From Acidobacteriota bacterium (GTDB taxonomy: Bacteria; Acidobacteriota; Vicinamibacteria; Vicinamibacterales; UBA2999): DNA of 52,910 nucleotides. Of this stretch, positions 46,285-52,910 are shown in pieces. The stretch covers positions 1 to 52,910 of the forward strand of contig JBKPNV010000024.1 of the NCBI GenBank assembly GCA_046732795.1, read 5' to 3'. The number at the start of each line of letters is the position of its first letter. Positions within the stretch are counted from its first letter, which is position 1. Made by a program: the position numbers and the translations under genes. The notes below the pieces were generated by a model. It saw only the letters and a program-made list of their open reading frames with translations. It searched no databases and had not been told where the DNA came from.

Positions 46285-47085
46285 CTACCTCGCTGGATCC
46301 AACGTGGCGCTGACACGCGTCTCCTGACCGGCGACAACGCGAACGGTCGATGACCATGAGTTGTGATCGTCAGCTTCGAGACGGATGGCGCGTGAGCCGA
46401 CCGGGACCTCTGTCAGCACGAGCGGCGTAACACCTGCTGCTTCGCCGTTGATGAACACGCGCGCACCCAGCGGCCCGGACTCGATCGCCAAGGACCCGTA
46501 AAATCTGGTACGAGCAACCGGGCGACTCGCCGTGGACTGCGACTCGACAGCTGCATCAACCACCCGCGACCGCGGTTTGGCCGGTGCCGGTGCACCCGGT
46601 TTCTCCTCGCCGGCCGGAGTAACAGGCACCAAAGGCGTCGCGACCGGCGGCGTCTCGACGGGTGCCTCCGTAGCAACGAGCGCCGATGCGGGCGGTGGAG
46701 GCACGACCGGACTCTGCAAAGCCATCCGCAATGGAAGGTTCATTTGCGCAACGATCATGGCCACCACCACACTTCCGAACGTCGCTCCCGTGACGACGAG
46801 CCACACGGATCTGCCGGCTTTCGATGGTGCGGCGGGGCGATCCTCTACCTTCCGCGGCGGACGGCGCACTGCTTCGGATTGAAACGCAGACGGCAAAGTC
46901 GACGAGGGGCGCACGGCAACGGCAGGCGGTTCGCGTCGACCAACAATGCAATCCTCAGGATCGAACTCCAGGAGGGGATCGAGCTGGTCCGGCGTGCGGG
47001 ACGTATACCCTTTCCCGTCCAATAGAAACTGGCGCCCTGGTGTCTGCATCGTGAAGAGAAGTGCACGAAACCGCACTCGGCACAT
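46285..47085 (-). CDS. Membrane-anchored PEGA-domain protein
   Basis: One TM, Pro-rich linker, GSL.I.S.P.GA.VFING...G.TPL....V..G...IRL. Start may be ATG47049. Confidence 0.75.
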   Translation of the reverse strand: MCRVRFRALLFTMQTPGRQFLLDGKGYTSRTPDQLDPLLEFDPEDCIVGRREPPAVAVRPSSTLPSAFQSEAVRRPPRKVEDRPAAPSKAGRSVWLVVTGATFGSVVVAMIVAQMNLPLRMALQSPVVPPPPASALVATEAPVETPPVATPLVPVTPAGEEKPGAPAPAKPRSRVVDAAVESQSTASRPVARTRFYGSLAIESGPLGARVFINGEAAGVTPLVLTEVPVGSRAIRLEADDHNSWSSTVRVVAGQETRVSATLDPAR

Positions 47086-47117
47086 TCACCGAGTACGTAT
47101 CGGCGCGCCCACACGGG

Positions 47118-47133
47118 AGCAAAGCCCATTCCA
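47118..47133 (-). promoter_or_regulatory. Candidate sigma54 promoter for the PEGA gene
   Basis: TGGAAT-GGGCT-TTGCT. Confidence 0.5.
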
Positions 47134-47255
47134 CGCACGGCGTTCGGCTTCGGTTCGTTCCGTGGTGTGGCGTTGTTGAAGTCAGCCAAAGAGAGGTCTT
47201 ACTGCACCTGAACGCGACGACATTCGCAAAACGTAAACCCGATTCTGAGCCGCGA

Positions 47256-48788
47256 TCACGTTTCCTTGGACCCGGAAGCCGCGTAGCGTCGCAACACCGC
47301 TTGCACGGCGTCACTGCCGAAGCCAGGGTAGGCGAGTTTGGCCCCGGCCTTTACGAGTGTCTCGGCACACGCGGCATAGTCTCCGGTGGGATCACGAAAA
47401 TTGAGCGACCCCCATTGGCAACCCTCGAGCGCGGTCCCGCCGTACTGGTTGCGGATCTCGAGATCGGCTCCGCGTGCAATCAGAAGACGGACGGTGTCGA
47501 CGTGGCCGCGCAGCGCGGCATGACCCACTGGCGTAAAGCCTTCGCCGCCACGCGTGTTCACATCGAAGCCAAGTTTCAACATCAGCTCGAGCGCTGGGAT
47601 ATTGTGCGCGAACGCCGCCGCTGCAATTTGTCCCCGATCGTCGGCGGTGAGTTCCATGACCAGGTTCGGCCGTTCGGCCAGCACGGCCGCCGCGTGCGCA
47701 TCATCCGCAAGCTCGCATGCGGCGAGAAACTGCTCCTTGAGGGGACTGCGCGTGAGAAGCACATCGTAGATCTTGCGGCCGCCATGTCTGGCCGCGACCA
47801 GCAGAACAGAAGCGGCCTCGAGCCTCCACTGGTAGATGTGACCTGGAGGTACCGGCGCATATCCGGGCCGGCCGATGCGCGCCGCCAGGCAGTGAGGATC
47901 GGCGCTCAAGGCTCGTTCAACGAGAGCCTCATCGCCAAGTGCCGCGGCCATGAAGATGTCGACGTCGGCGCCACGTGAAATGAGATGGCGGCACAACCCC
48001 GTGTCGCGTACCCGATATTGCGCCGCCGTCGCCCGGTGATCGATGCAGCGAGCATCGATCTCCGCGCCATGTGCGAGCAGAATGTCGATGATCTCTGGCG
48101 TGCTGGCCCAGTGCAGCGGCCGCTTTCCGTCGCCCCCCGGCGCGTGCACGAGCGACGGGTCGCTGGCGATCCACTCCCTCACCTTCTGCGTCATCCCCAG
48201 GCCCGCCGCCGCGTGAATATCGATCACAGCGCCGCGCTCAATCAACCAGGCAGCCTGATCAGGATCCGTGTCGTCGAGGACGCCGAAGCCGCCCGCCCAC
48301 CAATCGCTCTTCACGTTGATATTCGCGCCGAACTCGAGCAGCGTCTCGACAACCGGACGATCGTTTTTCGCAACCACCACGGCCTGGGCGCCGAAGCTGA
48401 AGAGCGGCCGATCGATCTGAGTACGCAGCGCCGGAGATGCCGCAAGCAACTCTCGAAGCTTCGCCGCGTCGCGCGCGTGCACCGCGTCGATGAAGTCGCC
48501 AATCTCAGGTATGGCGCCGCGACCGATCAAGTACGCGCGCATCTCAGGCGTGTTGTCATCGAGCACACCCACGGCGCGACCCCAGAACTGGCTGCGGACG
48601 TTGATATCCGCCCCAAATTCGAGCAGCAAGTCGACCATCGCCCGATCCTGCCGAGAGAAGACGATCGCCGGTGCGGCGGCCTCGAAATCCGGCCGGTCGA
48701 TGTCGCTGCGCAGCTCCGGATGTGCTGCGAGCAACGCGCGCACGCGCCCAGCGTCCCGCCTGCGAACCGCGTCTTTGAAACTCTCCAC
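47256..48788 (-). CDS. Ankyrin-repeat protein with a duplicated N-terminal unit
   Basis: LL..GA.IN, G..PLH.A, GFTP..HAA..GH repeats. TAACGT -10 lies 6 nt before the GTG (leaderless). Confidence 0.88.
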   Translation of the reverse strand: MESFKDAVRRRDAGRVRALLAAHPELRSDIDRPDFEAAAPAIVFSRQDRAMVDLLLEFGADINVRSQFWGRAVGVLDDNTPEMRAYLIGRGAIPEIGDFIDAVHARDAAKLRELLAASPALRTQIDRPLFSFGAQAVVVAKNDRPVVETLLEFGANINVKSDWWAGGFGVLDDTDPDQAAWLIERGAVIDIHAAAGLGMTQKVREWIASDPSLVHAPGGDGKRPLHWASTPEIIDILLAHGAEIDARCIDHRATAAQYRVRDTGLCRHLISRGADVDIFMAAALGDEALVERALSADPHCLAARIGRPGYAPVPPGHIYQWRLEAASVLLVAARHGGRKIYDVLLTRSPLKEQFLAACELADDAHAAAVLAERPNLVMELTADDRGQIAAAAFAHNIPALELMLKLGFDVNTRGGEGFTPVGHAALRGHVDTVRLLIARGADLEIRNQYGGTALEGCQWGSLNFRDPTGDYAACAETLVKAGAKLAYPGFGSDAVQAVLRRYAASGSKET

Positions 48789-48866
48789 TCGTAAACGTTA
48801 CTCCGACGTCCAGAGCCCGTAGCGGCATCATTCGTGTATCTCCGATTGCAGGGATGGGCTACAGCG

Positions 48867-49025
48867 ATGCCATTCAAGAGTCAGGCGCAACGGCGCAAAT
48901 TCGCACAACTGCTCGTTGAAGGGAAGATCTCGCCCGACACCTTCGAGGAGTGGAACCGGGAAACAGGGAGGAAAAAACTGCCGGAGCGAGTGAAAGCGAA
49001 AACGAGGTCTGCCAGAAAGAAATGA
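48867..49025 (+). CDS. 52-aa basic protein MPFKSQAQRR...
   Basis: MPFKS.AQRR start, W..ET...LPE.V motif, Lys/Arg tail. Confidence 0.7.
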   Translation: MPFKSQAQRRKFAQLLVEGKISPDTFEEWNRETGRKKLPERVKAKTRSARKK

Positions 49026-49030
49026 CCCTG

Positions 49031-49113
49031 CCTGGTCCGTTCTTTGGGTCTCCGTCTTGGTCGACGCTGCGGCGCGAGGGCCAGAGGACCCTGGACCACA
49101 GAACGGACCAAGG
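49031..49113. repeat. Family A copy 2
   Basis: CCTGGTCCGTTCT ... AGAACGGACCAAGG between convergent genes. Confidence 0.7.
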
Positions 49114-49162
49114 ACGAGAACGAGGGGCTAAGGACTCGCGCTACATCGATTTCAAGAGTGCG

Positions 49163-49912
49163 CTAGAAGCCGACCGCTTTGAAGAGTTGAGCGCCGATAA
49201 CGCCGCCGACGATCGGCGCGACGATCGGAACCCAGGCGTAGCCCCAATCTGAATCGCGCTTGCCGTCAATCGGCAGCACGAAATGGGCGATACGAGGTCC
49301 CAGGTCTCTCGCCGGGTTGATCGCGTACCCCGTCGGGCCGCCGAGCGACAGGCCGACGCCGAGCACCAGACCTCCGACAAGCAGCGGCTGCAGTCCGTTG
49401 CTGAAGACGATGGACAAATCGATGTCGCCAGGCTTGACGAGCGTTTGTGCGTTCGCGCCAATGCCGAGGATCGCGAAGACGAACGCCGCAGTCGCAATGG
49501 TCTCCGCCACGAAGTTCGCCGCCGGGTTGCGAATCGCGGGACCCGTGCAGAACACCGCGAGTTTCAGGTTCGCGTCGTGCGTGACCGGCCAATGCGGAAG
49601 ATACATCACCCACACGAGCACGGCGCCGACGAAGGCACCGATCATCTGCGCTCCGATGTAACCGGGAACATCCGCCCACGAAAACGCGCCAATCGAGGCC
49701 AGCGCCACCGTCACTGCCGGATTCAAATGCGCGCCGCTCAGGCGTCCGACGGCGTACACCGCGACCATCACTGCGACGCCCCACCCGAAGGTGATGACGA
49801 TCCATCCGCTGCTCTCGCCCTTCGAGCGCGCCAGCAGCACGTTGGCCACCACACCATCACCTAACAGAATGAGCATGGCGGTACCGAACGCTTCGGCGGT
49901 GTAGTTGATCAT
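49163..49912 (-). CDS. glpF: Aquaglyceroporin / glycerol uptake facilitator
   Basis: SGAHLNPAVT and GYAINPARD, F.TGP, W.YAWVP. Start ATG49912. Confidence 0.92.
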   Translation of the reverse strand: MINYTAEAFGTAMLILLGDGVVANVLLARSKGESSGWIVITFGWGVAVMVAVYAVGRLSGAHLNPAVTVALASIGAFSWADVPGYIGAQMIGAFVGAVLVWVMYLPHWPVTHDANLKLAVFCTGPAIRNPAANFVAETIATAAFVFAILGIGANAQTLVKPGDIDLSIVFSNGLQPLLVGGLVLGVGLSLGGPTGYAINPARDLGPRIAHFVLPIDGKRDSDWGYAWVPIVAPIVGGVIGAQLFKAVGF

Positions 49913-49976
49913 GGCAGCAGTGACTCCAGTAGAATTCGGCACTCGCACCCGTGTCGCGTGTTTCGGAGGCTGAATA

Positions 49977-51473
49977 ATGCCGTACATCCTCGCGCTCGAT
50001 CAGGGCACGACGAGCTCGCGCGCCATCGTCTTCGATCACAGCGCGGCCATCGTCGCGGTCGGGCAACGGGAGTTTCAGCAGATCTTCCCTCGACCGGGAT
50101 GGGTCGAACACGACCCGAACGAGATCTGGGCCACGCAGATCGCCGTCGCGACGGAGGCACTCGGCAGGGCCCACCTGCGTCCGCGGGACATCGCGGGCAT
50201 CGGCATCACCAACCAGCGTGAGACGACGATCGTGTGGGATCGCGAAACTGGAGCTCCCATCTACAACGCCATCGTCTGGCAGGACCGGCGCACCGCGGAG
50301 TTCTGCGATCAGCTGAAACGCGACGGCCATGAAGGCTTCATTCGCGAGCGCACCGGGCTCGTGATCGACGCCTATTTTTCGGGAAGCAAGGTGGCGTGGA
50401 TTCTCGACCACGTTCCCGGCGCCCGTGAAAAGGCGGACGCCGGCAAGCTGGCGTTCGGGACGGTCGACAGCTGGCTGGTGTGGCAGCTCTCGAGCGACTC
50501 GACGCACATCACTGACGTCAGCAACGCATCGCGCACGATGCTGTTCAACATCAACACCCTGAAATGGGATGAGGACCTGCTGAAGCTGCTGCGCGTGCCC
50601 GCCAGCATGTTGCCCGAGGTCCGCCCGTCGAGCGCGATCTATGGTCGCGTGTCCACCACCCTCGGCGTGGGCGAAGTGCCGATTGCCGGCATTGCCGGCG
50701 ATCAGCAGGCCGCCCTGTTCGGTCAGATGTGCCTCTCGCCGGGCCTGACGAAGAACACGTACGGCACCGGGTGCTTCCTGTTGCAGAACACCGGCGAGCG
50801 GCCGGCCGTGTCGCGCAACCGGCTGCTCACGACTGTCGCCTGGCAGATTGGCGGCAAGACGATGTACGCGCTCGAAGGGAGCGTCTTCATTGGCGGGGCC
50901 GTAGTCCAGTGGCTTCGCGACGGGTTGGGCATCATCGCAAAGTCGTCTGACGTCGCAGCGCTGGCCACCTCAGTGCCGGACAACGGCGGTGTGTACCTCG
51001 TGCCGGCGTTTGCCGGCCTGGGCGCGCCGCACTGGGACCCTTATGCACGGGGAACCATCGTAGGCATCACGCGCGGGACCACGGCCGGGCACATCGCGCG
51101 GGCCGCCGTCGAGAGCATCGCGTTCCAGGTCGCCGATCTCCTGTCCGCCGTGAAAGACGACGCCGGAATTCAACTGACCGAATTGCGAGTCGACGGCGGC
51201 GCCGCCGCGAACGACGGTCTGCTGCAATTTCAAGCCGACCTGCTCGGCGTCACCGTCGTGCGGCCTCGAGTAACCGAGACCACCGCGCTCGGTGCCGCGT
51301 ACCTTGCGGGCCTGGCCGTGGGCTTCTGGGAATCGACTGACACGCTTGCGCATCACTGGCATGTCGACCGGCGTTTCGAGCCGTCACAGCCTCCTTCGCA
51401 CGCGGCGGCTCGGCGCGCGGAATGGCACGAGGCGCTGGGCCGGTCGAAGGGCTGGATCCAGAGGGAGCACTAA
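49977..51473 (+). CDS. glpK: Glycerol kinase
   Basis: [59 protein letters not shown]. Confidence 0.97.
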   Translation: MPYILALDQGTTSSRAIVFDHSAAIVAVGQREFQQIFPRPGWVEHDPNEIWATQIAVATEALGRAHLRPRDIAGIGITNQRETTIVWDRETGAPIYNAIVWQDRRTAEFCDQLKRDGHEGFIRERTGLVIDAYFSGSKVAWILDHVPGAREKADAGKLAFGTVDSWLVWQLSSDSTHITDVSNASRTMLFNINTLKWDEDLLKLLRVPASMLPEVRPSSAIYGRVSTTLGVGEVPIAGIAGDQQAALFGQMCLSPGLTKNTYGTGCFLLQNTGERPAVSRNRLLTTVAWQIGGKTMYALEGSVFIGGAVVQWLRDGLGIIAKSSDVAALATSVPDNGGVYLVPAFAGLGAPHWDPYARGTIVGITRGTTAGHIARAAVESIAFQVADLLSAVKDDAGIQLTELRVDGGAAANDGLLQFQADLLGVTVVRPRVTETTALGAAYLAGLAVGFWESTDTLAHHWHVDRRFEPSQPPSHAAARRAEWHEALGRSKGWIQREH

Positions 51474-51476
51474 CCG

Positions 51477-52910
51477 ATGCGTCGATCGGAGATGATCGCC
51501 AGGCTCGACAAGAAACAAGAGCCGTGGGACATCGTCGTGATCGGTGGCGGCGCGACGGGCGTCGGCATCGCCGTCGACGCGGCAAGCCGCGGCTACGACG
51601 TCTTGCTCCTCGAACAGCACGACTTCGGCAAAGGCACGTCGAGCCGCAGCACCAAGCTCGTACACGGCGGTGTGCGCTACCTCGAACAGGGCAACATCGC
51701 GCTGGTGATGGAAGCGCTCAAGGAGCGCGGCCTGCTTCGACAGAACGCCCCGCATCTGGTGAGCAACCTGGCCTTCGTCGTCCCCAACTACGACTGGTGG
51801 GAGGCGCCGTTCTACGGACTCGGCCTCAAGATCTACAACGCACTGGCAGGCAAATACGGGTTCGGCTCGTCCGAGATCCTCACGCGCGAGGAGACGTTGG
51901 CGCGTCTGCCTACCATCAAGACCGACGGCCTCCGCGGCGGCGTCGTGTACTACGACGGCCAGTTCGACGACACCCGCCTGCTGATCAATCTCGTGGGAAC
52001 CGCTGCCGATCAGGGTGCGACGCTCGTGAACTACGCGCGCGTGATCGAACTCACCAAGGGGCCCGACGGTTTCATCGATGGCGTCGTCGTCACCGATCAA
52101 GAGACCGGGCAGCAATGGACGATTACCGCCCAGGTTGTCATCAACGCGACAGGCGCATTCTCCGACTCGGTTCGTCGGCTGGCGGAGCCCGACGTCTCTT
52201 CACTGATGGCCCCGAGTCAGGGCATCCATCTCGTGTTTCACCGTTCGTTCCTGCCGACGGACTCGGCAATCATGGTCCCGCATACCTCGGACGGGCGTGT
52301 GATGTTCGCTATCCCCTGGCACGATCACACGCTGGTCGGCACGACAGACACACCGATCTCCACACCAGCGCTCGAGCCGCGGGCGCTGCCGGAGGAGATC
52401 GAATTCATTCTCGAAACGGCGGGACGGTATCTGCTCAAGGCACCGACTCGTGACGATGTCCTGAGCGTGTTCGTCGGGATCCGGCCGCTCGTCAAGAGCG
52501 GCGACGGCAAGTTGACCGCGGCGTTGTCCAGAGATCACACGATTCACTTCGATGCGTCGGGCCTGCTGACGACGACTGGCGGGAAGTGGACGACCTACCG
52601 CAACATGGCGGAGCACGCGGTCGATCAGGCCGCGGACTTCGCGCGACTGCCAGAGCGGCCATGTGTCACGCGGACGCTCAACATTCACGGCTTTCATTCC
52701 AATGCCGCGCGATTTGGCGCACTCAGCGTGTACGGCTCGGATGCGCTCGAGATCCAGGATCTGATGCGTACGACGCCGTCATTGGCGGTACCACTTCATT
52801 CGGAGCTGCCGTACACGGGCGCGGAAGTCGTCTGGGCCACGCGTCACGAAATGGCGCGCACGGTCGAAGACGTGCTGGCGCGGCGCACGCGGGCGCTGTT
52901 CCTCAATGCC
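51477..52910 (+). CDS. glpD: FAD-dependent glycerol-3-phosphate dehydrogenase (runs off the window end)
   Basis: DIVVIGGGATG, DF.KGTSSRSTKLVHGGVRYL, YDGQFDD, GIRPL, GGKWTTYR. Missing from the ORF track because there is no stop. Confidence 0.93.
   Translation, partial: MRRSEMIARLDKKQEPWDIVVIGGGATGVGIAVDAASRGYDVLLLEQHDFGKGTSSRSTKLVHGGVRYLEQGNIALVMEALKERGLLRQNAPHLVSNLAFVVPNYDWWEAPFYGLGLKIYNALAGKYGFGSSEILTREETLARLPTIKTDGLRGGVVYYDGQFDDTRLLINLVGTAADQGATLVNYARVIELTKGPDGFIDGVVVTDQETGQQWTITAQVVINATGAFSDSVRRLAEPDVSSLMAPSQGIHLVFHRSFLPTDSAIMVPHTSDGRVMFAIPWHDHTLVGTTDTPISTPALEPRALPEEIEFILETAGRYLLKAPTRDDVLSVFVGIRPLVKSGDGKLTAALSRDHTIHFDASGLLTTTGGKWTTYRNMAEHAVDQAADFARLPERPCVTRTLNIHGFHSNAARFGALSVYGSDALEIQDLMRTTPSLAVPLHSELPYTGAEVVWATRHEMARTVEDVLARRTRALFLNA

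Noticed and set aside
1-52910. Apparent abundance of CGATCG/TCGA (HIP1-like)
   Set aside because: Cannot be counted here and may reflect codon usage; needs a Markov-expected versus observed test.

Overview
GC-rich bacterial window. Gene content and repeat types suggest Acidobacteriota, most likely Vicinamibacteria (inference). I see no rRNA, tRNA, CRISPR array, transposase or prophage. The dominant theme is a large set of exported redox proteins. These are six PQQ beta-propeller dehydrogenases (one with a fused heme c), two stand-alone cytochromes c, and a heme-c plus PHM/DBH-type copper monooxygenase with a frameshifted, truncated paralog. They are interspersed with five paralogs of an uncharacterised exported Cys-containing family (WGDPDLQG...CHEGN), a DUF6152-like protein with a predicted N-terminal His-His, and two exported CMD/AhpD-like proteins. 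Also present: a hybrid kinase / REC-RsbW / STAS signalling module; an OmpR-type two-component system with a shared direct-repeat box next to acvB-mprF; BKACE; M64 peptidase; tandem PPi-PFK paralogs; and glpF divergent from glpK-glpD. Intergenic DNA carries many distinct families of short palindromic or heptamer repeats, some inserted in frame in genes. There is also a promoter-supported 33-aa membrane sORF and a multi-stem leader upstream of a PQQ alcohol dehydrogenase. All motif, alignment and folding calls were made by eye.
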